In this document: in pieces, positions 9,509 through 20,288 of the stretch
How the letters are laid out: each line of letters begins with the position of its first letter
How positions within the stretch are numbered: position 1 is the stretch's first letter
Notes under the pieces: model-generated
The model's input: the letters and a program-made list of their open reading frames with translations, nothing else
The model's database searches: none
What the model was told of the DNA's origin: nothing
Position numbers and translations under genes: made by a program
Source of the DNA: an uncultured delta proteobacterium
GTDB lineage: Bacteria; Myxococcota_A; Polyangia; Polyangiales; Polyangiaceae
Direction of reading: 5' to 3'
Assembly: GCA_963841435.1 (NCBI GenBank)
Contig: CAWJCS010000001.1
Location: 192,001 to 256,000, forward strand
Length of the DNA stretch: 64,000 nucleotides

Positions 9509-10508
9509 TCATCCGCGTTGTCGCTCGGGTTCGCGAACGCCCGCGCGGCCGCGGGCCCAGGTGGCGCCCCCGGCGAGAAGCAACGCGAGAGCGAGGGCGC
9601 GCACCGCCCACACCTCGACCGACGGCGAGCGCAGCACGTTCAACCGCGAGCCGAAGCAGCCCGTAGCCCCCGAGCGCGACGAGCGCAGTCGTGCCGGCGC
9701 GCAGTTGGCGCGCCCGAGCTCCGAGCGCGGCCAGGGCGAGGACGGCACCGCCGGCTGCTTCGTAGAGCTGGGCCGGGTGCACGGGCAACGCTTGTGCCGC
9801 TCCGGGTGCGATCGCGCCGGAGAGCACCTGCGTGACCCAGGCGTGCGATAGCGAGGGGAACGTTCCGAGGCGCGCGACGAGCGACGGCGCACTCGGGTCG
9901 AGGGCTCTGCCGAAGTCACAGCCCTCGAGCCAGCAGCCGAGCCGCGTGAGGCATACGCCGACGCCCAGCGCGGGACCAGCGGCGTCGAGCAGGGCCGCCC
10001 CCGACGCGCTTCGTGCTCGCGAGAGCCACCATGCCATCGCGCTCCCCGAAAGCAGACCGACGGGAGCGAACAGCCCGCCGTCGTGAAACGCGAGGAGCGA
10101 CGCGGGCGTGCCGAGCTCCCCGGGGTGCAGCATGGCGTAGCCGAGCCGGGCTCCGACGATGCCCGCGGCGACACCCCCCGCGACCGATGCCACGGCGGCG
10201 TCGTGCCCGATGCCGGCGCTCTCGGCCGAGCGCAGGGTGACGAGCGCCCCGATCGCGAGCGAGCCCGCGAGCAGCGCGCCGAACGCCGGGACCGCGATCG
10301 CGCCGGGGACGAGCACCTGTTCGCGCAGCCCGAGCGCCGCGAGGCCGAGAGCAGCGGCGGCGGCCCCAAAGGCCGCGGTGGCGCGGCTGGACCGGCGCGA
10401 CCGACCGGCCCAGGCGCCGAGAGCGACGGCGAGCGCCACCCCCAAGAAGGTCTCGCCCAGCGGCAGGCGCCAGGGCGGCAGCGGGATCCTGAATAGGAGG
10501 GGGTGCAT
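9509..10508 (-). pseudogene. lgt: Prolipoprotein diacylglyceryl transferase with apparent +1 frameshift near 9640
   Basis: MHPLLF start, GARLGY, RLGCWLEGCDFG, HPAQLYE. The last TM helix continues in another frame ending at TGA 9509-9511. Confidence 0.7.
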
Positions 10509-10614
10509 CTGAGGCCGCCGGCAGGACGAAAGCCGACCTCCGTGGCCGACGGCGGACGGACGGGCGCACGGCTGAGGGCCGGATGCGTGGCGAGCCGCAA
10601 CGCCCGGCATTAGC

Positions 10615-11400
10615 ATGGCACAGGTGTTCCGGATGCCGCTTGCGCTCCTGCTGCTCGGCGTAGGGTGCCTCCCCGCCGATCCACCAGGCTTCGAGCGCGA
10701 CGGAGGGGCCGCGCCGCACGCTGAGCGCCCTGAAAAGGGGCGGCCCGCCAAGCTCTTGCCCGCGAGCACCGAGCGAGGTCCCGAACCATCCTCCGGGGTC
10801 GACGCAGGCGGGCTCCTGACCGACCCCTTTCGAGACGACTTCGAGCGCGAGGCGCTCGGACCCGATTGGAACCCGACCTCGAAGGTCTGGCACATCGAGG
10901 AGGGCAGGCTCTGCGGGCGCGGCGCCAAGAACCACCCGGTGTGGCTCCTCAGGCGCTTGCCGGTCAACGCGCGCATCGAGCTCGACGTGACGAGTGGATC
11001 GCCGGACGGCGACATCAAGGTCGAGGTTTGGGGCGACGGCCGCAGTGCCGCGAGCTCGACGACCTACGACGATGCCACGAGCTACCTCGCCATTCTCGGC
11101 GGATGGAAGAACCGCTTGAACGTTCTCGCCCGCCTGAACGAGCATGGCGCGACGCGCAAGGAGGTGCGTCTGCTGGCCGATTCCGAGGATCCGCGGACGC
11201 AGCGGGTCGTCGAGGGCCGGAGCTACCACGTCAAACTGGAGCGAGCCGATGGCCGCACCGTGAGCTTTTCCGTGGACGACACGTTGATCCACGAATTCGT
11301 CGATCCCGCACCACTCACTGGCCCTGGACACGAGCACCTGGGGTTCAACGATTGGGACGTACCTCTCTGTTTCGATGACCTGTCGGTGACCCCGCTCTAG
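10615..11400 (+). CDS. Hypothetical lipoprotein, concanavalin A-like beta-sandwich
   Basis: Lipobox LLGVGC; FRDDFER..LGPDW, LGFNDW..FDDLSV. Confidence 0.7.
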   Translation: MAQVFRMPLALLLLGVGCLPADPPGFERDGGAAPHAERPEKGRPAKLLPASTERGPEPSSGVDAGGLLTDPFRDDFEREALGPDWNPTSKVWHIEEGRLCGRGAKNHPVWLLRRLPVNARIELDVTSGSPDGDIKVEVWGDGRSAASSTTYDDATSYLAILGGWKNRLNVLARLNEHGATRKEVRLLADSEDPRTQRVVEGRSYHVKLERADGRTVSFSVDDTLIHEFVDPAPLTGPGHEHLGFNDWDVPLCFDDLSVTPL

Positions 11401-11412
11401 ACCCTGTACGCG

Positions 11413-12447
11413 ATGAGCCCCGAAGAGCTCGACCAAGCACTGGAAGACCTGGAGGTACGCCTCGAGCGGCTACGAGCCCTTTACGAGCAGTACTTTCTCG
11501 GCTTCGAGAAGATCGAGCCCGCCGTGGCGCGAAAAGAGGTCGATCGCCGCATCTACGTGATGCGCCGCGAAAAGATCCGCAACACGGGCAAGCGTTTCAA
11601 GCTCCAGACCCTGATCCAGCGTTACAACACGTTCCAGCAATACTGGCAGCGCATCTGCCGCGAGATCGAGAACGGAACGTACAAGCGCCATCTGTTGCGC
11701 GCCGAGCGTCAGCTCTCGCCCGAGCAGCAGCTCACCATCGCGGCGCGCCGGCGGTTCGGCAGGACCGGCAGCATTCCGCCGCCTGCCGCAGTCGTGGCCG
11801 CCGCCGCGGCGGACGCGCGCTCGTCGCGTCCGGCCGCGCCCGAGCCCGCCGCCGCGGGCGCCACGGTGAATGTCCCCCCCCCGGCACCTCTACCCGGCGC
11901 CACGCAGCTGTCGGCAGCCCGTGGGCCGACCCCCGTGCCGCCCGAACGGCGCGCTGCCGCACCCGCCCCGACGCGGCCGCCCAAATACGAGTCCCTCGAG
12001 CTCGATATGGGGTTTCTCGGCAGCTGGGTCCCGCCGGCGGCGACCCCGCCGCGTCCGGTCGCGAGCCCCCCGCAGCCCGTTTCGCCCAGGCCCGCCGAGC
12101 GGCCGCCCATCGAGCGACCCGCGAAGCAGAAGAGCTCCCCCACGGCGGCGCACCCGCCTGCGGCGCGCGCGGTGCCCGTCGCTCGCATCCAGCCGCCGCC
12201 CAAGCCGGCGCGCCCCGCTGCCGCTGCGGGCGGCGGCATGACCGACGATCGCGTCAAGGAGCTCCACCAGAAGCTCAATCGGATGAAGAAGGACAATCGC
12301 GAGGCCGGCCAGGTTTCGTTCGAGAGCCTCGCAAAGACGATCCGCGCGACCGAGAATCAGCTCAAGGCTCAGTACAAGAACCGCAAGATCGACTTCGACG
12401 TCGTGCTCAAGGACGGCAAGGCCATCGTCAAGCCCAAGGTTCGCTGA
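11413..12447 (+). CDS. MXAN_5187 C-terminal-domain-like protein
   Basis: N-terminal LRALYEQYFLGFEKIEP..YWQRICREIENG; Pro-rich linker; C-terminal IDFDVVLKDGKAIVKPK. Confidence 0.75.
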   Translation: MSPEELDQALEDLEVRLERLRALYEQYFLGFEKIEPAVARKEVDRRIYVMRREKIRNTGKRFKLQTLIQRYNTFQQYWQRICREIENGTYKRHLLRAERQLSPEQQLTIAARRRFGRTGSIPPPAAVVAAAAADARSSRPAAPEPAAAGATVNVPPPAPLPGATQLSAARGPTPVPPERRAAAPAPTRPPKYESLELDMGFLGSWVPPAATPPRPVASPPQPVSPRPAERPPIERPAKQKSSPTAAHPPAARAVPVARIQPPPKPARPAAAAGGGMTDDRVKELHQKLNRMKKDNREAGQVSFESLAKTIRATENQLKAQYKNRKIDFDVVLKDGKAIVKPKVR

Positions 12448-12459
12448 GCGGAGCGCGCC

Positions 12460-14898
12460 TCAAAGCCGCGCCCGCTTCAACCTCAGAGCGTTGCCGATCA
12501 CGGACACCGAGCTGAAGCTCATCGCGGCTGCGGCGAGGACCGGGCTCAGGAGCACGCCGAACGCGGGGTACAAGACGCCCGCTGCAATGGGAATGCCCGC
12601 AGCATTGTAGGCGAACGCGAAGAACAGGTTTTGTCGGATGTTCGCCATCGTCAGGCGCGAGAGCTGCCGCGCGCGCACGATCCCCACGAGGTCTCCCTTC
12701 ACGAGCGTCACCCCCGCGCTCTCCATCGCGATGTCGGTACCCGTGCCCATGGCGATGCCGACCTCGGCGCGCGCGAGCGCCGGGGCGTCGTTGATGCCGT
12801 CGCCCGCCATGGCGACGATGCGCCCCTCGCGCTGGAGCTCCTCGATGCGCTGCGCTTTCTGCTCGGGCAGCACCTCGGCCAGGACCTCGTCGATCCCGAG
12901 CTTGCGAGCGACCGCCTGCGCCGTGGTTCGGCTGTCTCCCGTCAGCATCACGATGCGGAGCCCTTCGTCGTGCAGCTTGCGGATGGCGTCGGGTGTCGTC
13001 GGCTTGATCGGATCGGCGACGCTCAGGAGCCCGCGCAGCGAGCTGCCGATCGCCACGAACATGACGGTCCCCCCGTCGGCGCGGAGCTCCTCGGCGCGTT
13101 CGAGCCAGGGCGACGCGTCGACGCCCAGGCTCTCCATGAGGGCGCGATTGCCGACGGCCACGCGCTCTCCCGCGACGCGACCGGTGACGCCCTTGCCCGG
13201 TACGGCGGAAAACTCCTCGGCGGCGCCGAGCGCAATGCCGCGCGCCGTGGCCCCCTCGAGGATCGCGGCAGCGAGCGGGTGCTCGCTGCCGCGTTCGAGC
13301 GACGCGGCGGCGCCCAGCAGGCTCTCTTCGCCGGTGGGTGTCTCGCAGAGCACGCGGAGGAGCTTGGGCCGGCCTTCGGTGAGCGTGCCGGTCTTGTCGA
13401 CGACGAGCGTGTCCACTTGGCGCAGCACCTCGATGGCCTCGGCGTTCTTGAAGAGCACGCCCTGGGTCGCTCCCCTTCCCATCGCCACCATGATCGACAT
13501 CGGTGTCGCGAGGCCAAGCGCGCACGGGCAGGCGATGATCAGCACCGCCACGGCATTGATCAGCGCGTGGGCGAGCCTCGGCTCGGGCCCGGCCACCGCC
13601 CAGACGACGAACGTCGCGAGCGCGCTCACGACGACCGCGGGCACGAAATAGGCGGCCACGACGTCGGCGAGCTTCTGGATCTTCGCGCGGCTGCGCTGTG
13701 CCTCGGCGACGAGCGCGACGATGCGTGCGAGCAGCGTGTCGGCGCCGACCTTCTCGGCGCGTAGCACCAGGCTGCCCGTCCCGTTGATCGTCGCACCGAT
13801 GACGCGGTCGCCCGGGCCCTTTCGCACCGGGAGCGCCTCGCCCGTCACCATCGACTCGTCGATGTTGCCGTGCCCGTCGAGCACCACGCCGTCGACCGGG
13901 ACCTTCTCTCCCGGCCGCACGCGGAGCTCGTCACCCACGGCCACGGCGTCGAGGGGCACGTCTTCCTCGCTGCCGTCGGCGCGCAGCCGGCGTGCCTGGT
14001 GCGGCGCCAGTCCGAGCAGCGCCTCGAGGGCCTTGCTCGTCTGGCTGCGCGCGCGAAGCTCGAGAACCTGCCCCAGCAACACGAGCGTGACGATGCCGGC
14101 CGAGGCCTCGAAGTACACCGCCACCTCGCCGTCGGGGCCGCGGAACGACGCTGGAAACACGCCGGGCATCAGCGCTGCGACGAGCGAGTAGACGAACGCG
14201 ACGCTGACGCCGAGCCCAATCAACGTGAACATGTTCGGGCTCGCGTGTCGCACGGACGCGACGGCGCGCTCGTAGAACGGCCACGCCGCCCACGTACAAA
14301 CAGGCGTCGCGACCGCGAGCTCGATGAGCGCCGTCGCTCGCATCGAGAGCACGCCGGAGAGCGGGTGGCCGAGGAACATGTCGCCCATGACGAAGACGAG
14401 GAGCGGTGCCGTCAGCGCGGCTGCAAGCCAGAACCGTCGCTTCATGTCGCTGAGCTCGGCACCGTCTTCTTCGGATCCGACCGAGGGAGCGAGCGGCTCG
14501 AGCGCCATGCCGCACAGGGGGCAGGCACCGGGAGCGTCGCGCACGATCTCGGGATGCATGGGACACGTCCACTGTCTCGCCGCCGGCGCGGGCGCCGTTC
14601 GTTCGAGCGCCATGCCGCACTTCGGGCAGGCGCCCGGCTTTTCTTGTCGGACCTCCGGGTGCATGGGACAGGTGTGGGTGGGCGACCCTGCTGCGCCGGC
14701 GGCGGCCGTTGGTGGCGCACCGGCCGAGCCGTGCCCGTGCGACGCGTGGTCGTGCGCGTGCGGCGGGTCGTCGTGTCCATGTGACCGCGACGTTTCGTGC
14801 CCTTCCCCATCAGGGGAGTGCCCGCAGCAAGAGTCCTGCTCGGCGGGGAGCGCTGGCCCGTGCCCGTGCGGCGCGGGATCGGGTGGTGGACGGTGCAT
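12460..14898 (-). CDS. copA: Copper-translocating P1B-type ATPase
   Basis: His-rich N-terminus, two CPMHP..CPxCGM domains, [34 protein letters not shown]. Confidence 0.95.
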   Translation of the reverse strand: MHRPPPDPAPHGHGPALPAEQDSCCGHSPDGEGHETSRSHGHDDPPHAHDHASHGHGSAGAPPTAAAGAAGSPTHTCPMHPEVRQEKPGACPKCGMALERTAPAPAARQWTCPMHPEIVRDAPGACPLCGMALEPLAPSVGSEEDGAELSDMKRRFWLAAALTAPLLVFVMGDMFLGHPLSGVLSMRATALIELAVATPVCTWAAWPFYERAVASVRHASPNMFTLIGLGVSVAFVYSLVAALMPGVFPASFRGPDGEVAVYFEASAGIVTLVLLGQVLELRARSQTSKALEALLGLAPHQARRLRADGSEEDVPLDAVAVGDELRVRPGEKVPVDGVVLDGHGNIDESMVTGEALPVRKGPGDRVIGATINGTGSLVLRAEKVGADTLLARIVALVAEAQRSRAKIQKLADVVAAYFVPAVVVSALATFVVWAVAGPEPRLAHALINAVAVLIIACPCALGLATPMSIMVAMGRGATQGVLFKNAEAIEVLRQVDTLVVDKTGTLTEGRPKLLRVLCETPTGEESLLGAAASLERGSEHPLAAAILEGATARGIALGAAEEFSAVPGKGVTGRVAGERVAVGNRALMESLGVDASPWLERAEELRADGGTVMFVAIGSSLRGLLSVADPIKPTTPDAIRKLHDEGLRIVMLTGDSRTTAQAVARKLGIDEVLAEVLPEQKAQRIEELQREGRIVAMAGDGINDAPALARAEVGIAMGTGTDIAMESAGVTLVKGDLVGIVRARQLSRLTMANIRQNLFFAFAYNAAGIPIAAGVLYPAFGVLLSPVLAAAAMSFSSVSVIGNALRLKRARL

Positions 14899-15047
14899 CT
14901 AAGGTCCTCCTAGTGGCAGACGCGGGGCCCCGCCAATCATTACGGTCCCGAGGCTGCCCCGGCCGGCGCGCAGCGGTTTGCGGATTGCCCCCCGTGGCCC
15001 AAAACGCTTCAGGGGGCTCCCTGAGCGATACACCCGTGGGGGCCGCG

Positions 15048-17552
15048 ATGATCGGGGTGCCGCTCGCACCGGCCGATTTGAAGTCTGCCAGGCGCCAGGG
15101 TACGGGCTCGCCCGCAGTGTGGGAAGGACTCCTAGCGTTCGCTCGGTGGCGCCGGCGACCGAGCCTTCGGGACGGTGCGGCGGCGCTCGCCCTTTTGGCG
15201 AGCCTCGCCGTCTTCGTCGCCGTCATCGAGCTCAACTACCCCGTCGAGTCGTGGTTGCTGCCGCGTTACGTCGTGGCGTGGTTCTGGACCCTGGTGTTCG
15301 CGCTCGCCGCGCTGTGCGCGGGTTGCCGCCTGTTCGAGTGGCTCGGCGTGCGCGGGCTCTGGCTCGGCGAGTCGCTGTTGCTCTCGTTCGCGCTCGGTGT
15401 CGTGCTCTTCGCGCTCGGCGTGTTCGCCGCGGGGATCGCCGGCGTGCTCGGCGGCGTGTTCTTCGTGGCGTGGCCCGTGGCGCTCGTGGCGCTCGGCTAT
15501 GGAGCGGGAAGGCGGCGTTTTCGCGCGCTGCGCCGTCACGGCTTCGGCACGCGAAGCCTGCGGCTTTTCGTGCCGCGCTCGCTCATCGAATGGCTCTCGG
15601 CCGCGCTGCTCGCGCTCTCTCTACTGGCGCTCTACATCCAGGTGGTCGCACCCGACAATGCGGGGTTCGACGCCCTCTGGTACCACCTGCCCCTCGCGAG
15701 TGAGTACGCACTCACGGGCGCCATTCGGCCTCGCCCGGACGGCTGGTATCTCGCGGCCTATCCACAGCTCGCGACCCTGCTCTACACGTTCGCGTTCCTC
15801 GAGCCGCTCGGCGGTCTATACGGGCACGTCACGCTCGCAGGGCACATCGAGTACGCAATCTTCCTCGCGACGCTGCCCGGCATCGCGCTCCTTTCGCGAC
15901 GCGTGGCGCCTGGCGTGAACCGGCGCTTCGCTTCCGCGGCGCTCTTCCTGTTTCCTGGCATCCTGCTTTACGATTCGGGCCTCGTTGTCGGTGCGGATCA
16001 CGTGCTGGCGTTCTTCGCGGCGCCCGTCGCGCTCGCGACGGCCGCTGCGGTTCGCGTGCCGAGCACGCGGCGCTTCGTGCTCGTGGGCGCGCTCGTCGCG
16101 GGGGCCGCGCTCACGCGCTATCAGGCGCTCTACTTCATCGCGCCCGCCGGCCTGTTGCTCGCCTTCCACGCCGTCCGCAAGAGGGCGTTCTTGCCGGCGC
16201 TCGCGGGCTTCTTCACGGCACTCGTCGTTTCGACGCCGCACTGGCTGAAGAACCTCGCATTTTACGGCGACCCGTTCTACCCGCTGCTTGCCGAGCGGCT
16301 CGGTGCCAAACCGTTCCATGCGGGCGCCGCAGATCTGGTGCGCAGCGTGTTTCAGGTTCCGGAATTCACGCCCCAGGGCCCGCTCGCCGATCGCTTGCTC
16401 GAGACACTCGGCGCCGTCGTCACGTTCTCCTTCGTGCCGCGCGATATCTGGGGCTTCCACTACGACATGCCGGTGTTCGGCTCGTTGTTCACGCTGCTCG
16501 TCGTTCCGACGCTCTTCGCGAAGAGGACCCGAAAGCTCTGGCTGCTCGTGCTGGGCTCCCATCTGGGCGTTTTCCTCTGGTATTTCACCAATCATCAGGA
16601 GCGCTTCCTGCAGGGCCTCTTGCCGTGGCTCGCCGCAGCGACGGCGGGCATGCTGGCGCGGCTCTGGCCGCTCGGACCGCTCGCCCGCGTGGGCGTCGGG
16701 GCCCTGGTTTCGTTCCAGCTCGCGTGGAGCGGCGGGTTTTGGTTCCTGAAGACGCACCGCTCGGCGGGTGGCTCGGCGCTCACGTCGCTCATGGATCAAG
16801 TGACGGCGGGCTTCGACGGCCAGCGCGGCGACCGCTTCAAGCGCTACGGCGCGCTACACGACGTCGCGCGCAAGCTGGGTCAGAACGCCGTCGTCATGTG
16901 TCACGACCAATACGAGCTGTTGGGCGTGCAGCGCCGCACGTTGTGGGACGTCGCGGGCTTCCAGGGAGCGACCGACTACCTGCTCTATCCGACCCCACGC
17001 GCGGCATACCAGCACCTGCGAAGTCTCGGGGTCACCCATCTGCTCATCAACCACTCTCCGCCCGACCCCATGACCGTACCGCGCCTCGTGCGCGAGGTGC
17101 GCTTCTATCGAACGGCGCTCTCTTTCAGCCGAGGGAGCGGTCGCTGGGGTAGCCTCGAGCTCAGGCGGTTCGCGAGAAAGAAGCAAGAGCTGCCTCCGGC
17201 TCCCGGTCGTCGCGTGCTCGTGCTCGGCTGCGACGCCAAGCTGCCACGGGGGATCTACGACCTTTCCAGGTTGCCGCGCGTCTCGCCGCGCCACTCATGG
17301 TCGCGTTCGAAGGTCCCACGAAACTGGGACGACGTTCCCGAGGACGTCGTGGGCGTGTTCGTCCAGGGTGACTGCCGCGCCAACCGGCGCTTCAGCAAGC
17401 GCGGCGAGGGGTTCAGGCAGGCGGCGCGCTTCGAGAACGGTGAGCTCTTCGTGCGCGACCCCGAAGGCGCGTCTCGAGACAAGCACGACACGGACCGGGA
17501 TCGTGACGACCGCGAAGGGAAGCAGCGTAAGCGCCCGCTTCGCCGGCCGTGA
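15048..17552 (+). CDS. Large polytopic membrane protein, GT-C (glycosyltransferase 39-like) fold
   Basis: Many TM helices; FDALWYHLPLA loop; GDPFYP; QERF; soluble C-terminal domain. Start uncertain. Confidence 0.65.
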   Translation: MIGVPLAPADLKSARRQGTGSPAVWEGLLAFARWRRRPSLRDGAAALALLASLAVFVAVIELNYPVESWLLPRYVVAWFWTLVFALAALCAGCRLFEWLGVRGLWLGESLLLSFALGVVLFALGVFAAGIAGVLGGVFFVAWPVALVALGYGAGRRRFRALRRHGFGTRSLRLFVPRSLIEWLSAALLALSLLALYIQVVAPDNAGFDALWYHLPLASEYALTGAIRPRPDGWYLAAYPQLATLLYTFAFLEPLGGLYGHVTLAGHIEYAIFLATLPGIALLSRRVAPGVNRRFASAALFLFPGILLYDSGLVVGADHVLAFFAAPVALATAAAVRVPSTRRFVLVGALVAGAALTRYQALYFIAPAGLLLAFHAVRKRAFLPALAGFFTALVVSTPHWLKNLAFYGDPFYPLLAERLGAKPFHAGAADLVRSVFQVPEFTPQGPLADRLLETLGAVVTFSFVPRDIWGFHYDMPVFGSLFTLLVVPTLFAKRTRKLWLLVLGSHLGVFLWYFTNHQERFLQGLLPWLAAATAGMLARLWPLGPLARVGVGALVSFQLAWSGGFWFLKTHRSAGGSALTSLMDQVTAGFDGQRGDRFKRYGALHDVARKLGQNAVVMCHDQYELLGVQRRTLWDVAGFQGATDYLLYPTPRAAYQHLRSLGVTHLLINHSPPDPMTVPRLVREVRFYRTALSFSRGSGRWGSLELRRFARKKQELPPAPGRRVLVLGCDAKLPRGIYDLSRLPRVSPRHSWSRSKVPRNWDDVPEDVVGVFVQGDCRANRRFSKRGEGFRQAARFENGELFVRDPEGASRDKHDTDRDRDDREGKQRKRPLRRP

Positions 17553-17585
17553 CGCCGGGCCGCGGTCCAGCGGGAGGGTTTCGCG

Positions 17586-18002
17586 CTACCCCACCTGGAT
17601 CCGGAGTGTCAACACGGCGACGGCAAGGCAGGCGTCCATCACGACGACGAGGCCGCCCGCTCGCGCGCGCCGAGCCGCTTCGTCATTGACGATGCCGAGC
17701 TGGAGCCAGAGCACCTTGGCGTGCGCGCGAACCGCGGCGTCAGCGAGGCTCGGCGTCTCCTCGGCGCGGCGGAAAACGTCGACGATGTCGATCGGCTCGG
17801 GCACGTCGGCGAGCGCCGGATAGGCCTTCTCCCCGTGCACGGTCGCCTCGAAAGGGTTCACCGGGATCACGCGATAGCCGGCGCGCACGAGACGCGCGAA
17901 CACCCCGTGCGACGGCCGCTGCGGCTTCGACGACGCGCCGACCATCGCGATGGTCCGCGCCGCGAGTAGCATCTCTTTGAGCTCGCTATCCGATGGGTTC
18001 AT
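17586..18002 (-). CDS. CoA-binding protein (YccU-like)
   Basis: TIAMVGASSKPQRPS, IPVNP, IDIVDVFR, LWLQLGI, VVMDAC. Confidence 0.9.
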   Translation of the reverse strand: MNPSDSELKEMLLAARTIAMVGASSKPQRPSHGVFARLVRAGYRVIPVNPFEATVHGEKAYPALADVPEPIDIVDVFRRAEETPSLADAAVRAHAKVLWLQLGIVNDEAARRARAGGLVVVMDACLAVAVLTLRIQVG

Positions 18003-18176
18003 GGCGCGTCGTTCGAGCGGAGCCGCGCGCTCCTGCTTCGCTCCGCAGCGTACCACGCTGCCCGAGCGCACCTTGCGGGGGGCTTTGGGGGAAAGGGCAC
18101 TCGCGAGCGCCAGGACCGGGTGCACGTGGCTGTTGCTTGACTGCCTGAATTTCGCCCCGTACCACGGCATGCGGCC

Positions 18177-19793
18177 ATGGCGCTGACTCGAGCCCGACGG
18201 ACCGGAAGGATCACTCTGCAGCTCGCCGAGTGGTTCGAGCGGGAGCCCGTGGTTCTCGGCGTGCTCCTGGTGCTCGCGATCGTCACGCGCTTCTACGGTC
18301 TCGGGCTCGAGTCCTTGTGGCTCGACGAGGCGACGACCTACCACCGGTCGCTCTTGCCCTTCGACGAGCTCGTCGCCGACGCCAAGGTCAACCACCACAA
18401 CCCCGCCTATTTCCTGCTGATGAGCCTGTGGGTGCGACTCGGAGACAGTGAGGCCATGTTGCGTGCCCCGTCGGCCTTCTTCGGGGTGCTGAAGGTGCTT
18501 GCCGTGTACGCGATGGGACGCGTCGTGGGCGGGCGCTGGCTCGCCGCGGCCTCGGCGCTCGTCATCCTGCTCAACCCGACCTCGCTCGCCTACGACCAGG
18601 AAGCGCGGATGTACGCGGCGTACGCGCTCGGCGCGAGCGTGGCCATGGCCGGCGTGCTGTGGCTCGTCGCCCACGAGGACGCGGCGGCGATGCCACTCTG
18701 GCAGCTCGGCAAGGGCGCCGACGGATTCCGACGACACGCACTCGTCGCCTGGCTCGCCTTCTGGCTCGGCACGACGCTCGCCTTGTACATGCAAAGCACC
18801 GCCACGGTGTTCATGGCGGTGTGCTCGCTCGTCGCGCTTGCCTTCATCATCGCTCGCCCGGCGCAACGCTCGGCCTTCGTCGTCAACTGGGTGCTCGCCA
18901 ATCTCGCCGTGGTCGTCGCCTATGCGCCGTGGCTCGTGCAGCTCGTCGAGCAGGCACAGGGCGTCGCCAACGGCGAGTTCTGGCTGGGCTTCCCGACGCG
19001 CTACACGATCGCCCGCTCGCTCCGCCTCGTTTATCTGTTCGGCAAGGTGCCCGGCTTCTGGCTGCTGATCCCCCTTTTTTGCGCGCTCGGGTCGTACTCA
19101 CTTCGTACGCGACCTCTCTTGCTCGTCTCGCTCTGGCTCTTCACTCTGCTCGGGCCCGCGCTGCTCTTGCTCTTGAGCCTGCGTGAAGCGATCTTCATGC
19201 ACCGCCAGTTCTTGTGGTGTGCTTCGCCGCTCGCCGTCGTCGCGGGCGCGGGGCTCGTGGCACGCTCGCCCGACAGGCGCCGCGCGGCCGCGCTTGCGAC
19301 GTTCCTCGTGCTCGGTGCGATCGGCTTGAGGAAGCTCTACTATGGCCGTTCGCAGAAGCCTCGCTGGCGCGAGGCGCTCGGCATCATGACCGCCAACGTC
19401 GATCCGAGGGACGAGGTCCTCACGCTGGGCGGCCGCGAAGAGCCCCTTCTCGAGTATTACTTCGGACGAAGCTCGCGGCGGTACCCGCGTTTTGTCTATC
19501 GCGAGCTCCCGCGCCACTTTCAATCCAAGCTCGGTTCGCTCCTCGGGGGTGCGCGAGCCGTCTGGACGATCGAAGGGCGTCCGACGCCCGGCGCGAGCAG
19601 CGTCGCAAAGGCGCTCGCGGCACGCGCACCGCGCGACTATCACCGCACCTTCATGGCGGGTCTCACGGTCGAGCGCTACGCGCTCACGCCCGGAGTCGAA
19701 AAGGTGATCGAGAAGCCGGTCAAGGCCACGGCGCGGGGGTCTGCTTCCCCCCCTTTGCCGCGAGTGGTTCCGGCCAGGCCTTCCTCGGACTAG
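18177..19793 (+). CDS. Glycosyltransferase family 39 (PMT-like) membrane protein
   Basis: SLWLDEA, HNPAYFLL, LRAPSA, QEARMYA motifs; multiple TM helices. Confidence 0.85.
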   Translation: MALTRARRTGRITLQLAEWFEREPVVLGVLLVLAIVTRFYGLGLESLWLDEATTYHRSLLPFDELVADAKVNHHNPAYFLLMSLWVRLGDSEAMLRAPSAFFGVLKVLAVYAMGRVVGGRWLAAASALVILLNPTSLAYDQEARMYAAYALGASVAMAGVLWLVAHEDAAAMPLWQLGKGADGFRRHALVAWLAFWLGTTLALYMQSTATVFMAVCSLVALAFIIARPAQRSAFVVNWVLANLAVVVAYAPWLVQLVEQAQGVANGEFWLGFPTRYTIARSLRLVYLFGKVPGFWLLIPLFCALGSYSLRTRPLLLVSLWLFTLLGPALLLLLSLREAIFMHRQFLWCASPLAVVAGAGLVARSPDRRRAAALATFLVLGAIGLRKLYYGRSQKPRWREALGIMTANVDPRDEVLTLGGREEPLLEYYFGRSSRRYPRFVYRELPRHFQSKLGSLLGGARAVWTIEGRPTPGASSVAKALAARAPRDYHRTFMAGLTVERYALTPGVEKVIEKPVKATARGSASPPLPRVVPARPSSD

Positions 19794-20000
19794 CCTCCCT
19801 ATCCTCGACGCAGTCGAGCCGGGCAAGATGGCGGTGCCCCTCGCACTCGCGGCAGGTTGAGTGAGCTTGGTCGCGGTGGAGCGACCGGCTCTCCGCTTCT
19901 CGGCGCGTCTCTTCGCGCGGCCGAGGTCACGCGGCTCGAGCTGAGCGCAGGGTATGCCCGGGTTTTTGGGGGGAGGCCCCCGTTTCTCGCGAACAGGCCG

Positions 20001-20288
20001 CTAGGCGGAGTGCCCGCCCTCGACGAGGCGAGGAGCCGCGGGGGAGGCGGCTTCCTCCTCCACGAACACATCACTCTCGCAGAAAACGATGGTGCAAGAG
20101 GTCCGGCCCATCTCCCGCATGCGGGAGCAGAGCTCGGAGAACTCCGCGTCGGAGTCGACCACGTCGCCCTCGAGGGGCTGGCGGGTGACCTGGTCGTAGC
20201 GGCAGTTGTCGATCGCGACCCAGAGACCCTTGTAGCGGCCGGAGCGGCAAAGCTCCCGCCAGGTCATTCTCGAGAACATGGTGGCCAT
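20001..20288 (-). CDS. Small hypothetical protein, DUF5678-like
   Basis: RYKGLWVAID..VVDSD..ELC pattern; lies after a long, less GC-rich upstream region. Confidence 0.6.
   Translation of the reverse strand: MATMFSRMTWRELCRSGRYKGLWVAIDNCRYDQVTRQPLEGDVVDSDAEFSELCSRMREMGRTSCTIVFCESDVFVEEEAASPAAPRLVEGGHSA

Noticed and set aside
12460-14898. His-rich N-terminus of the P-type ATPase as a novelty
   Set aside because: Common in P1B copper ATPases.
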